The notes beneath the pieces are model-generated. The model was given only the letters and a program-made list of their open reading frames with translations. It was not told the DNA's origin and ran no database searches. Shown piece by piece: positions 49,401 through 57,664 of a stretch of 64,000 nucleotides of DNA. The DNA is taken from positions 1 through 64,000 of the forward strand of contig JAWLHB010000002.1 of the NCBI GenBank assembly GCA_041690595.1, given 5' to 3'. Position 1 is the stretch's first letter. Every line of letters starts with the position of its first letter. The DNA comes from Lentisphaeria bacterium (lineage in GTDB: Bacteria; Verrucomicrobiota; Lentisphaeria; JABSQK01; JAWLHB01). The translations under genes were made by a program, and so were the position numbers.

Positions 49401-49814
49401 GCTTCCGCGGGGATGCATGCGGCTCCACCGATAGCCTTTCGCGTTGCAGAGAAACTGATAGCGGCTTCCATCGACAGCCTCGGGCGCCGGATCGATCCAG
49501 ATCTCGATGGAGTCGTCCTGAGCGAGCTTGGCGACAGGCAGGTGGACCTCGGCGAGGATGCCGCCTTCGACCGGCATCTGGGAACGGACGGCCACGTAGA
49601 TGTGGGAGCTTGTGGCCATGATCCAGCCACTGGCCTCCCGAGGATCGTCGACAAAGTCATCGATCCGGCTTCCCATGCGCCACTCACCGTCACCGATCAC
49701 GCCATCGATGACCGGCGGGCCGGAGGCGAGTGGGAGGACGATCTGCCGGGAGGTCTCCCGAGCCTCAGCGCACAGGCAGGTGACGAGGGCGATGAGGAGA
49801 ATGAGAATGCGCAT
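46494..49814 (-). CDS. Large secreted putative glycoside hydrolase (CBM9-like N-terminus, DUF6067-like middle)
   Basis: Signal peptide; PVIDG..DGEW, DDSIEIWIDP, WNCEIAIP, NDRGW, LQAAPVKP, GVFWDN; paralog of 60176-63592. Confidence 0.75.
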   Translation of the reverse strand: MRILILLIALVTCLCAEARETSRQIVLPLASGPPVIDGVIGDGEWRMGSRIDDFVDDPREASGWIMATSSHIYVAVRSQMPVEGGILAEVHLPVAKLAQDDSIEIWIDPAPEAVDGSRYQFLCNAKGYRWSRMHPRGSTDREESYEARWQTASSFEDGWWNCEIAIPVATISPRRMSGDGTWLIDIRRNWQRPRQQAAMGESRLRFVGTPIPVVSLLERGASHAGKLHRELQVLNTLDKEIHVLAALRVEREGMPDLVRESVLHIPPDESRSLDLREEDPTSRQWTLQAAVTSIDKQTTFFRHRTTWLHTGPFIWKTHVDPAHPIDFDFAYYPGANRLRVRASVRHLPAEARLTALRAEIRKRGSQEAIAEIVFDRIVGGSQEKGVDLPPLDGEYEIALIATGTNVPGEPRIKPFIRRRFPWEGKKYGVTDRVFPPFTPIVVDGKSVRTVLRQHDMNDFGLWNQAIVAAQNTRIEKPLLARPMRYVIRMNGRESELKAERLQFIQTDSHMARARCSFTAEGFAATAEITWEYDGMMRVDLTLTATAAPLEMLQLEIPLLNEAATHLHAIGDGSRNAVTMLVPGRQGSVWSSQEIPVRDLPPNFCSYVYLGTPARGLCWFAANDRGWSWNPVTPNVVLLRDEKESVLQVNLVNQPILIQQPRVITFGLQAAPVKPRLDAQAWRYMYQRQGYRAMSSATCWGGFTPLAGVYPPNRDLLVWQRLAQSNLEGALAPADIDAVVAHYAPLFAPFTELSWQGQSPFQLWEETVRRSLSGVRHDERMIYYYNRACHLLEEEFLTYQDEWGMSDWRTDWQAQGTEVNHDLKIVPNESFLDYHLHWYDRAFAVGRGQGVFWDNLFLAATTNTRQSMAYTLPDGSIRPSTGIWGLRELAKRTFQFMAERGMPPITMARVSSNNILPIHAFATITTDLDWKFGQGMMQERFTPAYHLMVTNGELAGAWPVAKGDEGTADSWLIPRSYTGALLVHDVYWGEGRAGYALLRPVVELLERPGAKVWRYWDDGPAAVTGGSDALLPIAWYRPGERALIGLTNYRREAVKMELAIHADMLGMKAAGYSARDYETMSRYRIVDAKLVVEIPAFETRLIEILPQ

Positions 49815-49912
49815 GGAGGCTCCAGGAAAGATGCGTCAAGGCTCTGAAAGGCACGACAATTTAATCTGCCACCATGGCCACGCATTACAATGCAGCACAC
49901 CGCTCCCGCCAG

Positions 49913-50227
49913 TCAACCCTCGCGTTCCAACTCCCGCCGCGGCGCAGGCAGGCTGGGAAAGAGTTGGCGATGCAGCAGCTCGTCGACGAGGTTACTCCGG
50001 CGCAGGCAGGGATCGTCGGCCCGGAGGCGGTGCACCTTGCCACGCCGGGTGACCACATCGATACTGCCATCCTCCTGAACGGAACTCACGGTCCAGTACT
50101 TGTCCACAAAGTACCAGTAGGTTTCGCCATGCTCGCTGGGAGCGATCTTTCTGGCGCGCGGCCCGGGCTTGGACGACGCCTTCTGTTTGCGATAGACAAT
50201 ATGGTCGCCAACCTTCAACTTCTTCAT
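49913..50227 (-). CDS. Small basic hypothetical protein
   Basis: VGDHIVYRKQK..PGPRA..PSEHGETY.Y.VDKYWTV; AGGA RBS; protein-like composition. Confidence 0.7.
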   Translation of the reverse strand: MKKLKVGDHIVYRKQKASSKPGPRARKIAPSEHGETYWYFVDKYWTVSSVQEDGSIDVVTRRGKVHRLRADDPCLRRSNLVDELLHRQLFPSLPAPRRELEREG

Positions 50228-50277
50228 GCTCATTTTCCTGGCTGCACGTTAACCGGTCTATGGCCGTCCGCGACGCG

Positions 50278-51786
50278 TCAGAAAGACATACGCTGCGCGA
50301 TCCGGTTCTTGACGGCTTCGTCCGTTGTCGTTTGAAAGATTTCGCGGAGGAGCTGCTGGGTTTCCGGAGATGGACTGTTGAGCAGGGCCTGCGCGGTTTC
50401 GAGGCGCACGGTGGAACTCTCGTCATCCATGGAAATCTTGACGATCTCCGGCCACTCGGGCAGACGGTGGGCGACGACGTAATGAATGGCCTTGCCACGT
50501 ACGCCAGGGCTCTCATCGAGGAGCAGTTCCATGAGCAGGTCGCCGGCCTTGTTGCGCGGCTGCATGGCGGCCAGGGTGACGGCAAGCTCGCGCACGTCGC
50601 CATGGCGGCTGGAGATGAGCTTGCGGATCCAGTCGAGCATGTTGTCGGGGCGCTGGTCGGGCGGCATCATCATGACCAGCATGCCGGCTTCCTGACGGAC
50701 GGGGGCAAAGCTGTCGTCGAGCAGCGACCACAGTTGTTCAAATTTGATTTCTCCGGGGTGTCGTCGGCCGAAGCTCTTGAGGGCGGCGAGGCGATAGCGG
50801 GTGTTGCGGTGCTCCAGGAGGCGGCGCAGGGCTTGCTTGCCGGGGTCGCCGATGCGATCGAGCGACTCGATGATGCGTTCGGCGTTCTCGTGGCGCATGC
50901 GATGATCATCGAGAGCCGCCAGCAGTTGCTCCAGGAAGTGGGCGTCGCCCTGCTGAAGAAGGGCGAGTTGAGCCTCGGTGGCGACGGCGAAATCGTCATC
51001 CTTGGCCAGCTTGAGGAGGGGCTCGCGGGTGATCTGCAGTGGCAGGCGGCCAAGATTCTGCGCAAGCTGCAGGCGAATGATGGAATCGGGATCCTCGATA
51101 AGGGGAGTGGTGACGGCAATCAGACGTCGGGGATCGCCGGCGACGAGCATGACGGCCTGCTCGAGCGCGAGCATGCGGATGTCGCGGTCCTTGTCCTCGA
51201 GCAGGGGCAGAACTGCCTCGACGTCGAGATAGCGACTGAGCAGGGTGAAGTGACGGAGCATGTTCTTGCGCACCGTGGCGTCACTGTCGCGAAAGGCCTG
51301 GCGCACAGCCTGCCGGGCCGGCGGCGAGAGGGCACCGCTCGCCTCGGGAGGAAGGCCCGGGAAGCCGATGCGCTGCATCAACAGGGCCTGCTGAAGGAAG
51401 GTAGAGACGATACGGCGAATGTGGACATTCTCGTCCTCCAGCATGAGGATGAAGTGCTCGCCAGCCTCGGCAAACTGGCGATTCTCGACAATTGCCACCA
51501 AGGCGGACTGGCGGATCTGCGCGTCGGGATCGCGCAGGGCCTGGAGCACCGCCTGCACCGCCGCGGGATGACGATACTTGCTGAGCACCAGAACGGCTCG
51601 CTTGCGATCATCCACCGAGGCCGACCGAAGATCCTTCACCGCTTTGGCGACCGTTTCAGCTTCGCTCTCGTGGGCGCTTTCCGGGGGGGGCGGCGCCTGC
51701 CCAGCGGCGGGACGCACCGCCACGATTCCGCAGATCATGCAGAGGATAATGAGGTGCAGAAGCCTGCAAGCTGGATGATCGACCAC
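50278..51786 (-). CDS. Secreted HEAT-repeat protein
   Basis: Repeated L.D.D..VR..A motifs after a signal peptide. Confidence 0.88.
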   Translation of the reverse strand: MVDHPACRLLHLIILCMICGIVAVRPAAGQAPPPPESAHESEAETVAKAVKDLRSASVDDRKRAVLVLSKYRHPAAVQAVLQALRDPDAQIRQSALVAIVENRQFAEAGEHFILMLEDENVHIRRIVSTFLQQALLMQRIGFPGLPPEASGALSPPARQAVRQAFRDSDATVRKNMLRHFTLLSRYLDVEAVLPLLEDKDRDIRMLALEQAVMLVAGDPRRLIAVTTPLIEDPDSIIRLQLAQNLGRLPLQITREPLLKLAKDDDFAVATEAQLALLQQGDAHFLEQLLAALDDHRMRHENAERIIESLDRIGDPGKQALRRLLEHRNTRYRLAALKSFGRRHPGEIKFEQLWSLLDDSFAPVRQEAGMLVMMMPPDQRPDNMLDWIRKLISSRHGDVRELAVTLAAMQPRNKAGDLLMELLLDESPGVRGKAIHYVVAHRLPEWPEIVKISMDDESSTVRLETAQALLNSPSPETQQLLREIFQTTTDEAVKNRIAQRMSF

Positions 51787-51831
51787 GCTGGTCCTCGCGT
51801 TTCCGTATGAGTGTTGAGAGCCTTCGACAGG

Positions 51832-52449
51832 TTAGACGCCGAGCAAGCCGGCTTGTTGCAATTCCCTGGCAATGCGCTCGGCCATCCTGCGATAGCCGTC
51901 GGCATTGGGGTGGATCGCGTCAGACATCAGCTCGTCCCGGTTGCGGATGCCATCGAGAATCTCGGGAATATATAACACCCCATAGGCTTTGCACAGCTTG
52001 CCGTACTCACGATTGCGCGTCGGGTTGAGCGGTCCGGTGATCCCGGTGAAGACGACGACGGCGCCGCTGTCGATCAGAGTCTGGAAGATGGTCTCGAGGT
52101 TGGCGCGGGTTTCGTCCCAGGGTTTGCGCTGGAGGATGTCGTTGCCGCCGAGGGTGACGATGACGATGCCGAATTCGCTGCCGGCAAATCGCGCGAGCTT
52201 GGCGACGCCATCGGAGGTGGTGTCGCCGCTGGTTCCCCAGGCCTGCACGGGGCGGCCGGTGATCTGGGCGAGATGCGCGGGATAGGACTCTGCTTCCTTG
52301 GCGCCGACGCCGGATACGAGGCTGTCGCCAAAGCAGCAGATGATGGTGTTACGCGGAGGGACGTTGGCCAGCTCGCGGCCGCATCCACAGAGGAGGAGCA
52401 CGAGCATCGCGCCAACGGCGGACGGGAGGCTATAGAGGTTGTTCGTCAT
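51832..52449 (-). CDS. SGNH/GDSL arylesterase (TesA-like), probable lipoprotein
   Basis: FGDSL, SGDTT, LGGND, DAIHPN; lipobox LCGC. Confidence 0.92.
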   Translation of the reverse strand: MTNNLYSLPSAVGAMLVLLLCGCGRELANVPPRNTIICCFGDSLVSGVGAKEAESYPAHLAQITGRPVQAWGTSGDTTSDGVAKLARFAGSEFGIVIVTLGGNDILQRKPWDETRANLETIFQTLIDSGAVVVFTGITGPLNPTRNREYGKLCKAYGVLYIPEILDGIRNRDELMSDAIHPNADGYRRMAERIARELQQAGLLGV

Positions 52450-53185
52450 AATACTGGGAGATGTTGATCCGCCTGCGAACGCTGGCGGTGGCCCGTTCGC
52501 AAGAGATGAGATGGCGATGGTGAAAGCAGATGTCGCCCGGCGCCAACTTGAGCAGGAGCGCCGAGCTTTCGTCTACGGGTTCGGTGATGGCGTGCCAGCG
52601 GGAGTTGGCGACCTTGGCATGAGGCAGGAGCCCCCGGCGATGGCTGCCCGGCACGACCCACAGTTCGCCTCCTTCGCGCGACGATGCGAGGAGCGGCATC
52701 CAGGAACGTATCCCCTGACAATCGTGGCCGTCAAGTCGCCAGGAAAACTCCGCTTGATGCCAGGGCACGGCGATACTGGCACCCGGCTCCCAGACGACGA
52801 CCTTCAGCAGGAAGATCCTGGCAGCCATTGCCCCCAGGAGGATCATGGCCACGCGCTGCAACTCGGCGTGGGTAGCGCAGGCATCGAAGGCGGGATCGGG
52901 CGCGGGGAAGCGGGTCATCACGAGCTGACGGATCATGCCGTCGTCCGGCAGGCTGGAGCCATCGCCGGGAGAGCCGACGGCGATGTGGCGCGCGGGATAG
53001 CGACCTTCAAGGAGGCCGTCCGTCCGTTCGATCATGGTGCCAATGGTGCTCCGCGGCAGCAGCGCTCGCAGGATCACATATCCTTTCTGGCGATAGTCCT
53101 GAGAGGCGGCGAAATCGAGTTGGTCGTGCACGGTCTGCCCCGGGCTGCGGTTGCAAAGCCGTACCATACGCGCAACCAGTGTCAA
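52430..53185 (-). CDS. PhyH-like (phytanoyl-CoA dioxygenase fold) protein, apparently degenerate
   Basis: YRQKGYVI, PWHQ, SWMPL, GELWVVPGSH, LAPGDICFHH. Confidence 0.7.
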   Translation of the reverse strand: MTLVARMVRLCNRSPGQTVHDQLDFAASQDYRQKGYVILRALLPRSTIGTMIERTDGLLEGRYPARHIAVGSPGDGSSLPDDGMIRQLVMTRFPAPDPAFDACATHAELQRVAMILLGAMAARIFLLKVVVWEPGASIAVPWHQAEFSWRLDGHDCQGIRSWMPLLASSREGGELWVVPGSHRRGLLPHAKVANSRWHAITEPVDESSALLLKLAPGDICFHHRHLISCERATASVRRRINISQYYDEQPL

Positions 53186-53225
53186 CAGTCAACAGGCAGG
53201 CGCGAATGCGGCAGGAACCGCGAGC

Positions 53226-54077
53226 TTACCAGAAGCGCCACCAGGGCTTGGGGGCTGGAGCAGCTTCGACCGGACGCAGGGCGCTATCTTCGGCCTCCAG
53301 CTCCTCCTCCATCTCGCGCGTCATCATGATGGTGCGGGCGCCGGAGATATCGTCCTCCGCGTCCAGCTCGACACCTTGCAGCTTCGCTTCATCTTCGCGG
53401 GTCATGATGAGGGTGCGGTCCCCGGCGGGATCGTCCTCCTCGTCATCGAGCTTGACGGAAGCAGCGGCCGCGTTGCCGGCGCGGTAGGCCTCTTCGTCCA
53501 ACTCGTCCTCAGGGTCGACCAGTCCGCCGTCATAGTCGAAAGGCTCCTCGTCGTCGAGGGTCGCCAGGAGGGGATAGACGATGAACTGGGCTTCGCCGAG
53601 GGTGTCGAAGTTGTAGCCAAGCCCCAGCGCGAGGTCGAGGATGGCATCCTCGTCGAGGTCAGCGAGGTTGATCTGCTCTTCAGCAGGCAGAGGCTCACCG
53701 AAATCCTCGGCAAGCGCACCGCCGGTGACGAGCAGGTCACGCCGCTTTTCGCCCTTCTGATAGAGACTGAGGCCGTAGGTGCCGCTGCCGGCTTCGACCA
53801 TGATCGCAAGAACCTTTCCATAATCGCGCGAAAAGGCGGCGAGTGCCTCCTCTTCGGTGTAGAGGACCATTTCCGGGTCGAGAATACTGGTCCACCCGCG
53901 GTGGAAGGCGACAGCCTTGTCCTCGGGCTCATCGAGGGCCTCCATGGCGGCGGCAAACCCGTCAGCGTCCAGGGTGGCGTCCTCATCAGGCAGATCGTAC
54001 TGGCTCTGCAGGAAGAAGTCCGGTACGGCACCGCGCGCATCTCCCTCGATAGCGATGACACACATATGAAGGCTCAT
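53226..54077 (-). CDS. Highly acidic hypothetical protein ending PWWRFW
   Basis: GAGGAG RBS; GWTSILDPE and GTYGLSLYQKGEKRR domain followed by a D/E-rich tail. Confidence 0.75.
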   Translation of the reverse strand: MSLHMCVIAIEGDARGAVPDFFLQSQYDLPDEDATLDADGFAAAMEALDEPEDKAVAFHRGWTSILDPEMVLYTEEEALAAFSRDYGKVLAIMVEAGSGTYGLSLYQKGEKRRDLLVTGGALAEDFGEPLPAEEQINLADLDEDAILDLALGLGYNFDTLGEAQFIVYPLLATLDDEEPFDYDGGLVDPEDELDEEAYRAGNAAAASVKLDDEEDDPAGDRTLIMTREDEAKLQGVELDAEDDISGARTIMMTREMEEELEAEDSALRPVEAAPAPKPWWRFW

Positions 54078-54319
54078 GGCGGTTGTCTCCTCAGCTTCTC
54101 CGATCACTTGGCAGGCATGCCTGGGTGGCAAACCGTCCGCGATCTTGCGCATACAGTAGCGCGTCAACGCCTAACCACCAATCGCAACCGCAAATCGCCC
54201 CCCAGAGCGAGGAGGCGGTAGCGTGGGAAGAAGGGGAAGAAGGAAGCGACAGCGCAGTGGGGCAGTTCGCGAAGCGGGCGAAGCGGACGCGAGAGGAGCG
54301 TAGTGACGAAGTACCGGTG

Positions 54320-55102
54320 CTATCGTGCCAATTCTGCGGGCTGGGGCATTTCGTCGAATGTTCGCCCGTCGAGCAGGCGACCAGCCTTCTTCTTGTTTAC
54401 CCCTCCCCATTGTTTGAAAAAGAAGGGGACGGACTGCCTGGCACATCGCTGTTGAACCCCGCGCACCCATTCGGCCTCCATAGGCCTGGCACCGGGGCCG
54501 GACTCGCCGCCGACGATCACCCAGTGAATGCCGTCCAAGGTCAGGTGCGGCAGGGGGCCAAGCAGGGGTTCGCAGGAGAGGAAGCGAGTAAGGCTTCCCA
54601 CGGCCCGCAGGTTATCGACGCGCTCCAGGACCTCCTCACTCTCGACGCTGGTGCCCATCCAGATGTTCGGCGTCCACGTCAGGTGCGCGGAGATGGCGGC
54701 CGCCCGCTCCGGCCGTTTGGTCAACACCTGAAAGGTGTGCATGCGGCAGGCGTTCATGACGGCGAACATCTCCTGGATGAAGTCCAGCGGCACGTTCTCA
54801 TGGAACGGGTCGCTCATGGAATTGACGAAGAGCACGCGAGGCTGCCGCCACGTGTGGGGCTCCCGCAAAGCATCCCAATCCAGGAAGATGGCTCCGTTCC
54901 AGCGGCCTTGCGGCGTCAGCACCTTCTCGTAGTTGGCGGTGCGACCAGGGTCGTCGCCACGATCACGCGCCGCTCTGGCCATAGCCACCAGTCGCTTAGC
55001 CATGCGCTCGGCATAGCAGTGCTTGCACCCCTGGCTAACCTTGGAACAGCCAACCACCGGGTTCCACACGGATTCCGTCCACTCGATCTTACTATTAGCC
55101 AT
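54320..55102 (-). CDS. DUF5131 / phage Gp37-Gp68 family protein
   Basis: SKIEWT..WNPVVGCSKVSQGCKHCYAE, FVNSMSDPFH, FQVLTKR, SCEPLLG, WVIVGGESG, FFKQWGG. Confidence 0.93.
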   Translation of the reverse strand: MANSKIEWTESVWNPVVGCSKVSQGCKHCYAERMAKRLVAMARAARDRGDDPGRTANYEKVLTPQGRWNGAIFLDWDALREPHTWRQPRVLFVNSMSDPFHENVPLDFIQEMFAVMNACRMHTFQVLTKRPERAAAISAHLTWTPNIWMGTSVESEEVLERVDNLRAVGSLTRFLSCEPLLGPLPHLTLDGIHWVIVGGESGPGARPMEAEWVRGVQQRCARQSVPFFFKQWGGVNKKKAGRLLDGRTFDEMPQPAELAR

Positions 55103-55216
55103 CGGCCAATGCCCTTATGGTGACGAGTCGAGGCTTTCCGATGCAGCAGTCATAGCTGAAACCGATCCGCCCAGAGTAGTCGACCACCTTTGCCCCGCAG
55201 TTCTGCCTGGCCGATT

Positions 55217-56440
55217 TCAACTATGAATGGGGGCCTTTTGGAGTTCGTGGAGGAGTGCGTCGACGCGGTCCAGGAAGGCTGCCTGCATGGGACGCAGGGG
55301 GCTGATGTTGGCTTCGTAGGCGCCTTGCTCCTGAATCTCGTCGGTAGGGATGTAACCGATGAAATCGTTGACGACGGAGAAGAGGAAGGTGTGCGCGAAG
55401 GGGCTGCGCTCACGAATCATGGCGCGGTACTCGCTGACTACTTCACCCGGAGCGCCGACGATTGCCAGATCGCCGACCCGCAGTCCAGAGAGAGCGGTTT
55501 GCACCTGCTTTCCCTGCTGGGCGTAGGGGAAGTAGATGGCCATGCGCCCATCCAGCGCCCAGGTTGTGGTGAAGGACCAGGGCTCGCTGGCCCCCGCCAC
55601 CGCACGTCCGGCCAGCGGCTTCAAGGTGGGCAACGCTTCGAGGATGTGGGCGGCGAGCCGCTCGCCAATGTCGCGCACTACTGCCGGATCCGCCTGGCAG
55701 CCGTTCACGGGATCGATATTGGCGTGTCCGGAAACGGTGATATGCGAAGTCCTCACCTGCCCCGAGGCTTCAAGTGCATCCTTCATGTAGCTGACGTAGT
55801 CCCCGGAGATGCCGAGATTGGCGCCGCTGTAGGCGACCGGATGACAACCGAAGCTGACCAGCAGCGCCTCCAGAGTGCCGTCTGGGCGACGCACGCCGAG
55901 CAGGTCGGCGGTCGGGTCCGCATAGCCGGGATTGCTGCCCTCAGGGTCGCGGAAGCGGTTGGTCCACGTGCCATCCTCGAGTTGGATGCGACGGTTGCTG
56001 CAGAGCTCCGGTGCCGATGCCTGCCCGACCAGCAACTCGCCGGTGGCGCGAGCGCCCCAGGCGGAGACGGCCACATCCACCAGTCTGTCGGCCAGGTCGC
56101 GAAAGTAGCCGCTTTCCAGCTCCGACTGTTCTCGCCAGAGGGCGTCGGTGACGTGGGGACCGGAGTGCGTGTGGGTGGCCGCCAGCATGATCGCGCTGAC
56201 CGGCAGGCCAAGCCGCTCGGCGACGGTCTTGCGCACGCGGTCGCTCAGCAGGATGTTGAAGGCGCCCACATCCGCGGTCAACAGAAGCCACCCGCCCTCC
56301 TCGGCTCCACAGGCCAGGGCCTCCGCCCGCAAGGGATGTTCCACGGAGGTGGAGGTTCGGGGGTTATAGCCCCACAGGGTGACGCCGACAGGCGGGGTGA
56401 TATCGATCCGGGCGGTTCCGATGTTGAGAGAGTTGCTCAT
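55217..56440 (-). CDS. Neutral/alkaline ceramidase-like hydrolase
   Basis: DITPP, ATHTHSGP, NRR, FGCHP, SGDY, PGE, GYIP, YE. Confidence 0.8.
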   Translation of the reverse strand: MSNSLNIGTARIDITPPVGVTLWGYNPRTSTSVEHPLRAEALACGAEEGGWLLLTADVGAFNILLSDRVRKTVAERLGLPVSAIMLAATHTHSGPHVTDALWREQSELESGYFRDLADRLVDVAVSAWGARATGELLVGQASAPELCSNRRIQLEDGTWTNRFRDPEGSNPGYADPTADLLGVRRPDGTLEALLVSFGCHPVAYSGANLGISGDYVSYMKDALEASGQVRTSHITVSGHANIDPVNGCQADPAVVRDIGERLAAHILEALPTLKPLAGRAVAGASEPWSFTTTWALDGRMAIYFPYAQQGKQVQTALSGLRVGDLAIVGAPGEVVSEYRAMIRERSPFAHTFLFSVVNDFIGYIPTDEIQEQGAYEANISPLRPMQAAFLDRVDALLHELQKAPIHS

Positions 56441-56586
56441 GCGGTCATGCTCCAGCGGGTGAACACTTGAATGGGATGAGAATGTACATCAAGAAGGGGA
56501 TTCTCCAAACCTGAGGCCGGAGACTAGGGAGTGAGGCGAGGGGGGAGGCCAGGAGAGTAGATTTAAATATTGGTTCATTCTATTAT

Positions 56587-56644
56587 TGAAAGAAATTTAA
56601 TCTTGCGATATGGTTATATCCTTGTCAGAATAACGTGGTATGAT
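56587..56644 (+). promoter_or_regulatory. AT-rich promoter region
   Basis: TTGAAA-N17-TATGGT and an extended -10 (TGGTATGAT) upstream of 56670. Confidence 0.45.
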
Positions 56645-56669
56645 CAACAACGTTCAAATGAGGCAGGGT

Positions 56670-57653
56670 ATGCGTCAGTTCATGTTTTTAAGTGTGCTGG
56701 TGTGCCTGGTGGCGGGGTCTGTGTCGGTGTCTGCTCAAGTCACCGTACGTGGGGGAATCGTCACGGCGTCTTACCAGGAAGCGTTTGGCTGGGAACCGAC
56801 TGTGGATGAGCGTCGGTACTGGGAAGGACGGACGGACTGGCAGACGCAGCAGCAGCTGGTCAACATGCACCTGAGCTACCAGAAGGGAGATGCCGGCACT
56901 CAGAACAGGATGATCCAGACCTGCTACGCTTTCAACGTGATGCCGACACCCACGGAAGCAGCGTATCAGTACTGGCGTGGGCAGATCTCGAATCAGCCAC
57001 GGGTGTTCGTGCAGTTGGCGCGCGATATCGGTGCCTGGAACAGCAACCGCGCGGCCATGATCCGGGGCTCCTATCAACAGGCATTTGGTCGCCCGAGTGA
57101 TAATGGCGAGTACAACTACTGGATCGGCCGGTTGGATTTTGCGGATCAGAACGCACTCACGGAGCTGCACCGGCAGTACATCCGAGCCAATTCGGGCGTA
57201 GCGGACGACGTCATCAAGCGTTCGTATCAGCTTGCGTTCGGCCGCGATCCGGTGCCGGGTGAGTGGAACTTCTGGCGCCAGCAGATGCAGCAGCGGACGA
57301 TGCTGTGCGGCGAGCTGGTGGACGCGCATAACCGCTGGAAGTCCTCCACGCCCGCGCTGGTCAATCAGAATACAACCTGGGGGCAGAAGATTCAGCAAGG
57401 GGCTTGGCACATCAACAACGCCCTCGAGCTGCTGGTCAAGCTGACGGATGGCAACTACCTGAAATTTCCCGCCGGCAGCTACAAAGTGGAAGGCGGTCGC
57501 ATTCTCAGCCACAACGGCGCCCAACTGATCGGCTTGGACGGCGCCTCACTGATCGGCAACGACGCCGGCAGTCTCATCTCGAACAACTCGTCGCTGATCG
57601 GCATGGATGGCGCCACGCTGATCGGCGCGGATGGCGCAAGCTTCCGCCGTTGA
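56670..57653 (+). CDS. Secreted protein with DUF4214-like repeats and C-terminal LIGxDGAS repeats
   Basis: Signal peptide; SYQxAFGR.P...E..YW repeats; tail LIGLDGAS-LIGNDAGS-LISNNSS-LIGMDGAT-LIGADGAS. Confidence 0.8.
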   Translation: MRQFMFLSVLVCLVAGSVSVSAQVTVRGGIVTASYQEAFGWEPTVDERRYWEGRTDWQTQQQLVNMHLSYQKGDAGTQNRMIQTCYAFNVMPTPTEAAYQYWRGQISNQPRVFVQLARDIGAWNSNRAAMIRGSYQQAFGRPSDNGEYNYWIGRLDFADQNALTELHRQYIRANSGVADDVIKRSYQLAFGRDPVPGEWNFWRQQMQQRTMLCGELVDAHNRWKSSTPALVNQNTTWGQKIQQGAWHINNALELLVKLTDGNYLKFPAGSYKVEGGRILSHNGAQLIGLDGASLIGNDAGSLISNNSSLIGMDGATLIGADGASFRR

Positions 57654-57664
57654 AAAGGCCTACC

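Noticed and set aside
54214..54225. Exact ops element GGCGGTAGCGTG
   Set aside because: It is on the + strand between minus-strand genes with no downstream operon; probably chance.
54320..55102. Prophage inferred from the Gp37/Gp68 gene
   Set aside because: No structural, replication or integration genes are nearby.
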